Assembly (NCBI RefSeq): GCF_023055435.1
Contig: NW_025964223.1
Span: forward strand, 36,828,001 to 36,892,000
Reading direction: 5' to 3'
DNA length: 64,000 nt
Source: Haliotis rufescens
Taxonomy: Eukaryota
Shown: piece by piece, positions 1-12,167 of the stretch
Layout: each line of letters opens with the position of its first letter
Position numbering within the stretch: position 1 is the stretch's first letter
Made by a program: the position numbers and the translations under genes
Notes under the pieces: generated by a model
The model's database searches: none
Told to the model about the DNA's origin: nothing
The model's input: the letters and a program-made list of their open reading frames with translations, nothing else

Positions 1-1566
1 TCCCGTATACATGTTCTAGTGTGCCTACTCTGTGGGTGAGACTAGGGTGTCTTCCCGTATACATGTAATAGTGTGCCTACTCTGTGGGTGAGACGGGGGT
101 GTCTTCCCGTATACATGTAATAGTGTGCCTACTCTGTGGGTGAGACTCTGGTGTCATCCTGTATACATGTAATAGTGTGCCTCCTCTTTGGGTGAGACTG
201 GGGTGTCTTCCCATATACATGTAATAATGTGCCTACTCTGTGGATGAGACTGGGGTGTCTTCCCGTCTACATGTAATAGTGTGCCTACTCTGTGGGTGAG
301 ACTCTGGTGTCATCCTGTATACATGTAATAGTGTGCCTCCTCGGTGGGTGAGACTGGGTTGTCATCCTGTATACATGTAATAGTGTGCCTACTCTGTGGA
401 TGAGACTGGAGTGTCTTCCCGTATACATGTAATAGTGTGCCTACTCTGTGGTTGAGACTGGAGTGTCTTCCCGTATTCATGTAATAGTGTGCCTACTCTG
501 TTGGTGAGACCGGGGTGTCTTCCCATATACATGTAATAGTGTTCCAACTCTGTGGGTGAGACTCTGGTGTCTTCCCGTATACATGTAATAGTGTGCCTAC
601 TCTGTCGATGAGACCGGGGTGTCTTCCTGTAATACATGTAATAGTGTGCCTACTCTGTGGGTGAGACTCTGGTGTCTTCCTGTATACATGTAATAGTGTG
701 CCTACTCTGTCGATGAGACTGGGGTGTCTTCCCGTATACATGTAATAGTGTGCCTACTCTGTGGATGAGACTCTGGTGTCTTCCCGTATACATGTAATAG
801 TGTGCCTACTCTGTGGGTGAGACTCTGGTGTCTTCCTGTATACATGTAATAGTGTGCCTACTCTGTCGATGAGACTGGGGTGTCTTCCCGTATACATGTA
901 ATAGTGTGCCTACTCTGTGGATGAGACTCTGGTGTCTTCCCGTATACATGTAATAGTGTGCCTACTCTGTGGATGAGACTGGGGTGTCTTCCTTTATACA
1001 TGTAATAGTGTGCCTACTCTGTGGGTGAGATTGGGGTGTCTTCCTGTATACATCTAATAGTGTGCCTACTCTGTGGGTGAGACTTGGGTGTCTTCCCGTA
1101 TACATGTAATAGTGTGCCTACTCTGTGGGTGAGACTCGGGTGCCTTCCAGTCTACATGTAATAGTGTGCCTTCTCTGTGGGTGAGACTCTGGTGTCATCC
1201 TGTATACATGTAATAGTGTGCCTACTCTGTGGGTGAGACTGGAGTGTCTTCCCGTATACATGTAATAGTGTGCCAACTCTGTGGGTGAGACTGGGGTGTC
1301 TTCCCGTATACATGTAATAGTGTGCCTACTCTGTGGATGAGACTAGGGTGTCTTCCCGTATACATGTAATAGTGTGCCTAGTCTGTGGGTGAGACTCTGG
1401 TGTCTTCCTGTGTACATGTCATAGTGTGCCTAGTCTGTGGGTGAGACTGGGGTGTGTTCCCGTCTACATGTAATAGTGTGCCTACTCTGTGGGTGAGACT
1501 GGGGTGTTTTCCCGTATACATGTAATAGTGTGCCTACTCTGTGGGTGAGACTGGGGTGTCTTCCCG
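1..1566. repeat. 52-bp minisatellite, about 30 copies, runs off the window start
   Basis: Unit tcccgtatacatgtaatagtgtgcctactctgtgggtgagactggggtgtct recurs head to tail (starts at 1 and 53) with few substitutions and no spacers. Confidence 0.97.
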
Positions 1567-1785
1567 ACCACAGTGCCGCTATTTCATATTCTGGGCATAT
1601 GAATGAAACATATATTTATATAACAATGAATATACAAGTGTATCATTTACATAAACTTTAAAATATTACTCCAGATCCCGTATAATACACAGAGAATACT
1701 ACACAGAACCTATCACAAAAGCATTTAAAATACAGCCTGTTGCGTAAAACAACACATACACTCTTCCTCATTCATACAAGAATAA

Positions 1786-2134
1786 GGTGAGGTGAAATGG
1801 GGTTTAACGTCGCGTCCCAGATTATTGCACTTATATAGCGACGTGCATGCACGTGTGTGTGTGTGGCTGCTTGTACTAGTCCGGACTGATGCCGATTTAT
1901 AGTGCTAGCTCACTGAGATACCATGCCGCAGTTTTAACATGAATACCCCACTCAGACACAGTATACTGACTCCGAGCCGACCAGTCCTTGTTTTAGCCCC
2001 TTAATGCCGAGCGCCAGACAGGGTAACAACAAGTACCATCTTTTAACGTCTTTTGGTATGACGCGGTCGGGGATCGAACCCCGGACCTTCCGCTCTCCGG
2101 GCGGACGCTCTACCACTAGACCACGGAGGCGGTC
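1786..2134 (-). mobile_element. tRNA-derived SINE, full length, probably Meta-domain type
   Basis: Minus-strand head has A box tggtctagtgg and B box ggttcgatccc. 14-bp TSD tcatacaagaataa at 1772-1785 and 2135-2148. Central gactggtcggctcggagtcagtatactgtg resembles the Meta domain (from memory). Confidence 0.9.
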
Positions 2135-3423
2135 TCATACAAGAATAAAGAGATGGAAAAGTAATATATTAGTAATTACAAAAGCTTACCTATTTAATAA
2201 TCTTGTTTACCACATTTACTTAAATAGATTGTAACTGAGAATATGATAATATTTAACACGTTTAGTTAAGTTTACTATTACATGTTTAATATACTGCAAC
2301 ATTTGAATGCAATAACATCCAATACAAATATACACAAACATATTAAACTAACCTGATTTAGATGGTTTTAACTTGTCAACTTGTCTGTGTAGAGTGTGTT
2401 TACAGACTGAGTACATGCAGTGAGACAAAGGGTTAACTTAGAGGATGAGCTTGGCCATCAGTTGAGCACGTCATGGCTTGGGTTTGTTAAGGCTTACAAC
2501 ATAGACACTTGGACTGCATTTAATCTATCCTAACCACTAATTATACATAAAAGTTGAACACTAAAACGCAGACACTGAAGAATAATATGATAAATATTTG
2601 CAATGGTTGTTTTTGTCACAGTAAAAGAAACTAAGAAATAAAACATAGGTACCTGAGTAAACCCTCATGACATCAGAACACAGAAATATACAACTAACAC
2701 ATAAACTAACCTGAGTTGAATGACAGTTTTGCCCAGCGTTGAAAAGTCAACCTGTACCAAACAGACCCCAAAACAATAGTCTTTTCCCATAAAAAACACT
2801 TAGGTTATATCAATGTTTATTCTGTTTGCGAAGTAGATGTAATCAAACTGGACGTCCTCGCCCCAGCAACGGTAACACTACCGGGTGTTCATTATGTAAT
2901 GTCTAGTGTTTGAATGACATATTGTTCTCAATTATTCAAGTTGATAATTCCGCCATTCAAAGTGTGCAGTGAGGCCGTCTTATCAACAGTCATTTCTGAG
3001 ACATAAATGCAAAGGTTAATTAATCAAGTCAACTCTCATTTTTTGTATTTATAATTAACTGCAACGTTAATTTTGATTTACAGTACATACTATTCAAAAG
3101 AAGTTAAAGAACTCCCGATTCTTTCATATGGCTATGGTTATATTAGTCATGAGAGAAAGCGATAGAGCGAGAAAGCGATATTTCCAATAATGCCGTACAT
3201 TAAAACGGTTTTTGCTGATATTCAGTGATCCATTCCTATAATTCTCATCGCTATTTTGCCTCTTGTAAATGGATTTTTTCAACATTTTGTATTAGATTAA
3301 TATGTTAAATATACATACATAATGCAATCGCGTCTAGTTTGTATACACGCATGTGTTTATTTTCTTGTAGTGTAGTAAATAGCAAGATTCACAGACTACA
3401 ACAGAATAGTCGCTATTCATATA

Positions 3424-5005
3424 CTACACACAAAAATTATGGGAACACCAAAACATTCTGTTATAAAAAGGAACATTTAATGACATGTGATCGTATCATT
3501 ACAATTGTGCATTAGCAGATTATCAAGCTTCAAAACAAAAACATTTACAGGTAGCTGTCATTGAAAAGCACACACGAACAAGTCGAATAAGAAAATGGGG
3601 GTCAAAAATGGAAATCACAATGTCAATAGCGAGTGTGTCCTCCACGCTGATTGATGCATTCGGTGCATCTTCGCCTCATGGGTCTTGCAAGGGTGCGAAG
3701 GGTAGCCTGTGGAATCGCCTGCCATTCCATTTGGAGCCACTGAACCAGAACCTGAAGAGCTGGTGCAACTCCATGATTGTCCCTGACACGTCGTCCCAGA
3801 ACATCCCAAAGATGCTCAATTGGAGCCAAATCCGGTGAATATGCTGGCCACTGCATCACAGTCACATTGTTCTGTTGCAGGAAATCTCTAACGACTCTAG
3901 CCCGATGTGGTCTGGCATTGTCATCTTGCAGGATTGCTCCTGGACCAATGTTGTTCAACTGTGGTAGGACAAGAGGGCGCAAAATCTCGTCACAATACCT
4001 CACTCCATTCAAATTGCCTTGAACAAGATAGAGAGGTGTTCGGTGATGCAAACTGAACCCTCCCCATACCATCACAGAGCCACCGCCAAACCTGTTTCTT
4101 TCTCGTACAGTGGCATCATCATAACGTTCTCCAGGACGTCTCATAGCCCTTACCCTTCCATCATTATGCTTAAGACAGAAACGGGACTAGTAAGTGAAGA
4201 CAACTCTGGACCATTGTTGATTATCCCATCTCAAATGTGCCCTGGCCCAGGCAAGTCTTGGAGCTCGGTGATGAGGACGAAGATGAGGACGTACAGCTGG
4301 ACGACGTTACCTTAAATAAGCAGCTCTGAGGCGGTTCCTGATGGTCGATACGCTCACGTTGGTGTGTGTTGCTTGTCGGAGTTGCAGTCTCAAAGCACTG
4401 GCTGTTGAGAACCGGTTCTGAAGGGCTAGCAGCACAACGTATCGGTCATCTGCCCTAGATGTTACTCTGGGTCTACCAGAACGCGGTCTGTCCTGCACTC
4501 TCCCTGTTGTCTGGAACCGTTCCCTCAGTCTGTGAATGACAAACGGTGACACTTGAAGACGACGGGCAATATTCCTTATGGATGCACCATCTTGTAGCCA
4601 CACTATGGCCCTAGTCCTGTCGTGAATGCTTAACGGTCTTCGCTGGGGCATGTTTAAGGAAATGTGTAACTTCACAGTGTCTGAAGCTTCTTTATAAAGA
4701 AAAGTTGCCACCAACTGCATGGGAATTCTGACTTTCACGTGCACTAGGTTGTTGTGTTTTGGCGTTTGATCTGACATGGCGAGGGAGTCTTTCTGCATCC
4801 AAGTTTTTTCCTGTTTTAGCATTTAATCAATTTGACCAAATTCTTAAAAAAATGAAGCACTTACAAAAATACAAGACTCAACACGTCATTTAAAGTGCCC
4901 TCAGTGCACACAGTGCATTTACTGAAGTTCATAAATGACCAAGCCACGTTAAGTTTTATACATGGCTATGAAATTTAGGGGTTTTCCCATAATTTTTGTG
5001 TGTAG
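3424..5005 (-). mobile_element. Tc1-family DNA transposon, full length, inactive
   Basis: TIR ctacacacaaaaattatgggaa at 3424-3445, inverted at 4984-5005; TA on both sides; encloses a transposase. Confidence 0.95.
3623..4651 (-). pseudogene. Tc1 DD34E transposase pseudogene
   Basis: HTH N-terminus, RSGRPR, GGGSVMVWG and QDDNARPH...WPAYSPDLAPIEHLW in one frame, with a stop at 4307-4309 and the FTDESRF motif mutated to FTY*SRF. Confidence 0.93.
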
Positions 5006-5679
5006 TATATTTTCACTTCGTTCATAATACCACCCCATTCTTTCATTTATCTTAAAACTGAAACTTTAAAGGATAAAATAAACTGGAAAAAGTATTTACA
5101 TAAACATCATATATTGACAAATAATTGTCAGTATTATCAGCCACTGTTTGTATTGTTTGCAATGTCCAAAGAATTATTTTGTCGGTCAACAGATATGTGC
5201 TCGTCCGATTTCGGGATGACAATTATTTTGATAAAGATGCATGTGCATTATGCAGACAAAAGTTAAACATGTACAAAGTTATGTTTCCCTTACTAAATAC
5301 AGATCGATAAGATATGTGTCTCTGCCTTAAGTCACATATACGACTTTTGAGAGCGTCATTAACCCGTAACCTCATTTCTTGGACAATAGAAATGGAATGC
5401 ATTGTAAATATTATTTCTAAAAAAACTTAAAATTCCTTTCGATCAAACTGTCTTCGGGAACACAAAAACATACACACGTAACTTTGGCAAAAGTATACTT
5501 AAGATATACATAACATATTAGACTGATATCTGATTTAACACATGTTATAGATAATCATATTAATACACTTCATATTGTTATAAACGTTAACTATGTGGCC
5601 ACACTAATAGGATGTCTCTCCTTATATGTAGTTTACACAAGTACACATATCAACTGTGATAACGCCACATGCAGCGATG

Positions 5680-5842
5680 GGGGCAGTGGGGTAGCCTAGT
5701 GGTTAAAGCGTTCGCTCGTCAAGCCGAAGACCCAGTTCGATTCCCGACATGGGTACAATGCGTGAAGCCTATTTCTGGTGTTCCCCGCCGTGATATTGCT
5801 GGATCATTGTTAAAAGCGACCTAAACCATTCTCACTCACTCA
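5680..5842 (+). mobile_element. tRNA-derived SINE with (ACTC)n tail (family A)
   Basis: A box tagcctagtgg, B box gttcgattccc, tail gatattgctgga...ctcactcactca; homologous to the copies at 30254 and 46491. Confidence 0.9.
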
Positions 5843-6327
5843 CAGTTGTGTTCATCAAATTACTATAGACAAATAGATATACTTGTAGATTTGCACAAGA
5901 CAAGAGACAAAATACAAGTTGATCATAAATCAAATTTCAAAAAGAATATTTACGGACAACAGTATGACACACTGTAACATAATATTCTACTCAAAACAAG
6001 TTGAAGAACACCTACAATAATGAGATTGTATTTTGCAATACAATCAGCCATGACTAATTAACCATTAACTTGATTTGAAAAGTATATATTTATATTTTTA
6101 ACTGATTTATTTAGAGCGTGTTGCCATGATGCGCCACCCGTGATGGTCTCATAAAACTAAATACGGCCATAAATCAATCAATTACATTTTACGCAGAAAT
6201 CTGTGGATTGTTTTAAACTCACCTACGTCTGTACAGTTAAATTATTTTTCAAGTAAATAGTGAGAAATGTTCAACATTCCCTCCCATTAATCAAATAACA
6301 CATGCGGACTTATAGTGGTCAAGATCT

Positions 6328-6367
6328 TAGTTCTCGCTACCGCTTTGTTTAGCGGTAGCGAGAACTA
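6328..6367. repeat. Perfect 17-bp-arm inverted repeat (TAG...CTA)
   Basis: tagttctcgctaccgct-ttgttt-agcggtagcgagaacta. Confidence 0.85.
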
Positions 6368-6486
6368 TTATAAGATCTGATTTTAATGAGATTGTGTTTA
6401 CTAGTGCATGTCGTACAAGGATATTCGCTCCAATCTATGCAAAAATCAAACAATAGTTATCATTGTGAATAATTCTAAGAAATACC

Positions 6487-6667
6487 ACCTCTATCACATC
6501 ATTGCCATAAATTCCTGTTTATGCTGAGAACCACACTGTAATTTGTTATAAATTTTCAACAGACGTCCACTACACTGCCAACATATCCATAGTTGTGAGG
6601 AAAACCCTATCACTTGCCATGGACGCTACCGCGCATGCGCAAGGCGGGTATGTAGTCACTTCTTTTC
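6487..6667. repeat. DIRS copy 1, 3' inverted terminal repeat
   Basis: Near-perfect reverse complement of 14441-14621; contains gcgcatgcgc (NRF1-like palindrome). Confidence 0.93.
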
Positions 6668-6725
6668 AACCCATTATTCTCATCAACTAGATGCAGATAT
6701 TTGGGGAGGTGGGAGGGATTATTCC

Positions 6726-6822
6726 TGATGTGATAGAGGTGGTATTTCTTAGAATTATTCACAATGATAACTATTGTTTGATAATTCTTGCAAAATACTA
6801 CACCTCTATCACATCATTGCCA
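6726..6822. other. DIRS copy 1 internal complementary region (ICR)
   Basis: First part is the reverse complement of the left terminus (6445-6501), second part of the right terminus (14602-14642); they join at a shared AT. Confidence 0.93.
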
Positions 6823-7033
6823 GTACACACCAGAGGGACCAGTGGGTTCTGGTATCTAGCATCCCTTAGATATTTGGCTAGTGAAGTGGTAAAACCTAAG
6901 GATTATATGCACAAAAAAGGGATAAACGGCTGTGTCTAATGGTCTTCTTACAAGACTAGACATATATAATTTTCAAATATCGTCATATGAAGGGTATATA
7001 ATATATACTCCCTTGTGATATTTAGACATATAA

Positions 7034-7239
7034 TGACGTCATTCCCTGTCTCATAATCTGTGACGTCACTTCCGTTGATGACGTCATCTATGACGTCACT
7101 TCCGGTGTAATACCAAGTTCTTGTGGTATGTGTCTTCCATTTCCATATCACAATGACGTAATTTACCGTTATTTCCTTTTTTGGATAGTGATATTAACGT
7201 ATCCTGACGTGGGTTGTCTCCTATGACGTCACTTCCGGT
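7034..7239. promoter_or_regulatory. Cluster of CRE and ETS-CRE composite motifs in the DIRS 3' non-coding region
   Basis: TGACGTCA at 7034, 7061, 7079, 7091 and 7224; three are followed directly by CTTCCG (CGGAAG on the other strand). Function not shown. Confidence 0.55.
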
Positions 7240-7371
7240 GATAGCAATCATATTTGGCTACCGTATAACACTTAATCCTACGATCTATGATTTCAGTGTT
7301 GCCTGCCCTGAGCTTTGCACAGTGAGAAAGGTCAACTTACCCTGAGTTCATGAGGTACTTCTGAAATCTTC

Positions 7372-7403
<32 letters not shown>

Positions 7404-7435
7404 ACACCACCACCACCACCGGGAGGGGAACAAGG

Positions 7436-8500
7436 TTACTTGGCGACTATCACCTGGGCTGCCACCAGTGGTCCCAGAGTGTATAGTCCATCCAGATCGG
7501 TCTGTATGTCTCGTAAGTAAAAGTTTGAGAAAGTGTTGTGGGACTTCCACTGGCAACTGGCCACGACTTGTTCAATGGATACTGTATTCCATGTGGCTAG
7601 ACTTGTGGCGAGGGCTCTGATTTCGTGAGGCCTGTAGTTTCCCCAAATCGGAGTGGAGACTTGTGCCAGTTTATAACCATCTGAGACTACTGATTTTAGC
7701 CATCCCGCTACAGTGCCCTTAGTGATGTCCTTTTCTGATGGGGCTTGCAAGAGATAAATAATCGTTTTCTCTGCTTCCTGTGGGGTTGAGTTGCTGCTAT
7801 GAAATATCTCAATGCTCTTATGGGACAAAGTAATCTGTCCGGGAAGTCCACACTTTTACTCAAGGCTGGAATTGTATATTGTTTGTGTCCGAGTGGGCCA
7901 AAGGCTGACGACTGGTTTTAGGCAATAAATTCTGGGAGCGATCTGAACGACACTGATTTCCATTCCTGGGTATGGGATACAGTTGAGATGTCAATAGCAT
8001 GTAATTCAGACACGCGAGCCGCCGTAGCCATGGCTAAGAGAAAGGCAGTTTTCTTGGAAACTAATGATAATGATGCACTACTCATGGGTTCATATGGTGC
8101 TTTTCATTAAGGCTGATAATACTATGGACAGATCCCATTTAGGGAAAGTACGAGGTACTTTGATGTCTTCCAGAGCAAAAGACTTCATTAGCCGATTTAG
8201 TACAGGGTGTGTACCTATAGACAGGTCATCGTGTTGTAATACCGATGCTAAGGCTGACCTATATCCTTCGATAGTGCCGTGTCCTAATTTCTTGTCGTTT
8301 CTGAGATATAGCAAGAATTAAGCCACTATAGGTATCGTAGTTTTTCCGTCTAACTGCTTTCCCATTCTCCACTCGACGAACTTGTCCCATCTGTTATTGT
8401 AAAGGGCAGATGAAGCTGGTCTCCATGAGCTAGCCACTCTTTGTGCAGCTGATTTAGAATAACCGGCGGCTTGCATTTAATCGAGATAACTTCCAAGCGT
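7436..8500 (-). pseudogene. DIRS tyrosine recombinase, frameshifted
   Basis: GTIEGYRSAL, KTAFLLAMATAARVSEL, LCPIRALRYF, HEIRALATSLA and WKSHNTFSNFY spread over several frames; 5' limit approximate. Confidence 0.9.
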
Positions 8501-9477
8501 GAAGATGGAGGTTGTCGAGGCGCCCGTAAAATATGTCCGTCTTTGGTTGTCTCAATAGGTCTTGACGTACTGGGAGTTTCAGAGGTAATTCTATCAGTAG
8601 TTGTAGTAATCTCGGAAACCAAGTTCTGTTCGGCCATGCCGGGGCTATGAGGATAATGACACAGTCTGTTTCCTCTATTTTCTTCAGTACTTTGTCTAGG
8701 AGAGCCCAAGGGGGAAATGCGTACACGAAGGTCCCCTCCCATTCCATTGAGAGCGCATCGACCTGGAGTGCTAGTGGATCTGGTACTGGGCTGACGTAGA
8801 CTGGTAATTTGTTGTTGAGACTTGTGGCGAATAGATCTAGGTTCGGAGTATCCCATAGATGGGTTATCCACTTGAACACCTCGGGATGTAGTGACCATTC
8901 CGTGGGTACTATCTTGTTCTGTCGGGATAGATAATCTGCTAAGATGTTTAGCTTGCCTGGTATGTGTCTTGCTTCGATCTTGCAATTTACTGAGTCTACC
9001 AAGGCATATAAACGTGTAACCTCCTTCAGTAAAGATAGGGATCTTGTGCCTCCTAGGTGCTGAATGTAAGCGACGACGGTTGAGTTGTCTGTGGCGATTT
9101 TTACTGACGAATGGTGTAGTGGATCTAGCCATGCTGTTAATGCTAGATAAATCGTTCTAATTTCTAGACAATTGATGTGTAATTCTTTCTCTTGGGAGGA
9201 CCATTTTCCCTGAATGGTAACATCGTCCATATGGGCACCCCAACCTTCTCCTGACGCATCTGTGTAGAGTTGATGTAGAGGGGTGGGGTAATAGAGTGGG
9301 ATGCCTGGCATGACATTTTGACGATTTAGCCACCAATGGAGTTCTGATATCCGATCTTGTGGAGGATGGATTAATACTTCCAGCTCTAGGTTTGTGGTGG
9401 TGTTCATCCAAATCTGTAGAGGTCGTAACTTTAGCCTGCTTTCTGTAGGTTATATCTTGGATAGATGTGAGCGTGCC
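8454..9477 (-). pseudogene. DIRS pol C-terminal part: RNase H plus adenine-methyltransferase-like (MT) domain
   Basis: YTDASGEGWG, HINCLE, TDNSTVVAYI, HIPGKLNILADYLSR, then DLFATSLN, DALSMEW, YAFPPW, WPNRTWF; open for 317 codons but cut off from the RT. Confidence 0.92.
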
Positions 9478-11240
9478 CAGTGTTTCCGGTCATATTTTTA
9501 TCTGCCGGACAGGTGAGCCGGCAATGTACCAAAATACCGGTCATTTGTGATTTTTGTCAGTCCTTAATAAATTCAATAAAATACAACACAAAACATACTG
9601 ACTTGTTTATTAAAGTTTGCGTTTCTTTCTACGAAAGATCTTCGTAGCTTGTTTGACAGTATTGTTGACGTCTGCGTGTAGATTCAACAGCATCAGGTTG
9701 TTTATCCATTGTTAGGAAAGACGATTGCGACTGGCAGAGTGTATCCTGTTTTGCAAACTGAATCCACGTTCAGCATCAACGCTGCTAACTGGGATAGCAA
9801 GTGCTATGGAGCACAGAGTGGAAAAGTCGGGATAAATATGTGAAAGTTCAGAAATCACTGTCTTGCAACTTTGTTCAAACGAGTCGGCTCCTATGTTGTT
9901 GACCGCCATCTTGAAAGGTGTGAAGTCATTTTCAGCTGGACCAATCGGGAGGCAGAATTTGTCCAGTAATTTCTCAAGGGATTCCCTTCCGTGAGCTGTC
10001 AGTTCCTCTTGCGTTTGGGGAAATCGATTTGGGTTGAGCACTTTGTCCAGACAAGTGACGATATCAAGCGAGTCATCCGGAAATCTTTTTCTCAGAGAGT
10101 TACAGAGTTCCTCGATAAACCCACAACGGGTTTTCACAAACTCACCGATAGATCCCGGGTCCCCATATGTGACCTGAATTCCACGAAATTCCCCGTTGCT
10201 CAGATTATCCAAGAAATGCTGTTCATTTTCACCTGCGGTGTTTTCTAGACTGGTAAGGGAGTCAATCGTAGAATTCACAATTGGGATAATCATGCCCAAG
10301 TTGATATTCTCTCTCTGAAAAAGAGTAACAATTTTGTCCATCACATGGAGCACGTCAGTCATCATGTAAGTAAGTTGGATAAAGGAGTACGTGCGAATTT
10401 TCTTGTGAATATTCGTGGCAACAGTGTTGTTTCGCTCGGCAGATTCTTCTTCAATTTCGAGAACAAGAGCTGGCCAGTTAGATTTCACTGCTTTGACCGG
10501 CCGTCCCGAACACTGCATGGTTGTTATAAACTTGAAAACTCCGAATCTCCAAGGACCTCTGAAAGTTCTCGCAATCTGTTGTATCGCTCGGCTGAATATT
10601 CAAACAGTTTGTAGATATCATTCAATGTCCTTCTATATTCCGCTACGACCTTCGAAATCTTCGCTTCATTGGCTGAAGCAAGTGCGACATGATGGGCTTA
10701 GCAATGGACGTGCACAAGATATGAATTATGATCCTGCAACCTCTTCCCAACTCCTGAGAGTTTCCCGGTCATAACAGACGCACCATCCGATCCTAGACCG
10801 ACCACTTTTTCCAAAGGAATGTTCCATTGAGGCAAAATTTTTAGAATTTTTTCCATGATACATTCGGCTGTTCCACTATGAACTGAAAAATTTCCTAAAA
10901 ACACTGTTTCTGCCTTTCCGTCGTTAACGATTTTCACAAACAATATAAGTTTTTTTTCAACCGTGATATTAACACTCTCATCGATAATGAGTCCAATACA
11001 CTTGCTTTTTTCAAGTTTAGATTTTACATTTTCTTTAGTACTCTCAACTAGTGCATTCTCCATCGCGTCTATTGAGTCCGTTTCTCCCTGTAAATGTTCA
11101 CATCCGTTCTGCTGCTGCAGTTCGATTAGTTTAGAAAACTTGGAGGTAGCAATATTTTCTTGAGACAAGAATAAAACTGTGTTTAACATTGCTGTTAATT
11201 TCTCGTCAGATTTGTCTGCTGCCACCTCCATATGCGCTGC
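9478..11240 (-). mobile_element. hAT-superfamily (ZNF862/DUF4371-like) transposon fragment with one TIR
   Basis: Terminus cagtgtttcc at 9478; IIDES, GSDGASVMTG, HVHC*AHH and the dimerisation motif IPVSSVDAERGFSLQNRI; has a stop, frameshifts and no 5' end. Confidence 0.88.
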
Positions 11241-12030
11241 AATTGCTACTATGCCCTTGTTGAGTATAAATCTTGCACCTATGTAGGTGATGTCTTGAGT
11301 GGGTACTAGCTCTGATTTTTGGGGATGAACCAGGAATCCTAGATGAGTGAGAAGTTGGATGATACACATTGTGTTTAAACTGATTTGCGATTTGTCCTGA
11401 TCGGCCGATAGGAAATCGTCTATGTAGCCGTGAGCTTTAGATGTGCGAACCCGATGACGGGATTGGTGATCCTGGTGAATAGCCATGGGGCGATGGATAT
11501 GCCGAATGGAAGTACCCTGAACTAGTATCTCTTGCCGTTGACAGCAAAGCGTAGGTACCGCCGATGACTTGGATGGATAGATATGTGAAGATACGCTTTT
11601 TGGAGATCTATACTTGTCATCCAATCTGCTTGTCTTAAAGAGCTCTTCAACTTCTTTATAGACTCCATCTGAAACTTGGGTGGTCTTTCCAGATATTCTT
11701 TGTTCAGAACTTTCAGGTCTATGATAAGTCGCATCTCTGTAGTATTTTTCTTTGGTACCAGGAATACTGGGGAGTAGAAACCGAGAGTGGTGTCTGATTC
11801 TTCTAGGATGCTGATAGCTCCTTTTGCAAGAAGTTTTCCTAAGGCCACTTCTGCTGCAATCAATTTCGGTCCTGATAGGTGATATCTGGGTCCGGTAGGA
11901 TGGATGACTAGCCTTGGTCTTTTTAAGAAGTGAAGTTTGTAGCCTCTTCTTACAACTTCGAGTAACCATGCGTCGTCTGTGATGGCCTCTCAGTTTTCTG
12001 CGTACTTCATAAGACGGCCTCCTACTGTAC
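11241..12030 (-). pseudogene. DIRS reverse transcriptase, frameshifted
   Basis: VGGRL, GFYSPVFLVPKK, RLIIDLKVLN, SIDLQKAYLHI, YIDDFL, KSELVPTQDITYIG. Confidence 0.93.
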
Positions 12031-12167
12031 CCGGAGAAGGATGAATGCTGAACTTGGGTAGTCTTGGGTCGATGTCTGTGAGACCGGCTAGCTCGACTGG
12101 ATCTAAAGTGGTCATGTCTTTGATCTTCTGTAAATCTAAATCGTTGTCCATTGGAATCTTGGTTGAG

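Noticed and set aside
2060-2134. tRNA genes here and at 5680, 22690, 30360 and 46570
   Set aside because: They have A/B boxes but no complete cloverleaf, and continue into SINE bodies with tails and in several cases TSDs.
3083-3420. Second Tc1-like terminus (tactattcaaaagaagttaaagaac) hosting the 3424 element
   Set aside because: I could not find a convincing partner TIR, so it is left uncalled.
8350-9132. 260-aa overlapping ORF as an independent gene
   Set aside because: Alternative frame of RNase H/MT with no recognisable motifs; it may be the decayed overlapping N-terminal extension of the YR ORF typical of DIRS.
9712-11240. Domesticated host ZNF862-like gene
   Set aside because: It has a stop in the CxxH motif, frameshifts and a TIR, and is nested in a retrotransposon.
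7436-12030. Prokaryotic RT + methyltransferase + integrase system (prophage, retron or horizontal transfer)
   Set aside because: The domain order plus ITR/ICR structure is the standard eukaryotic DIRS1 layout.
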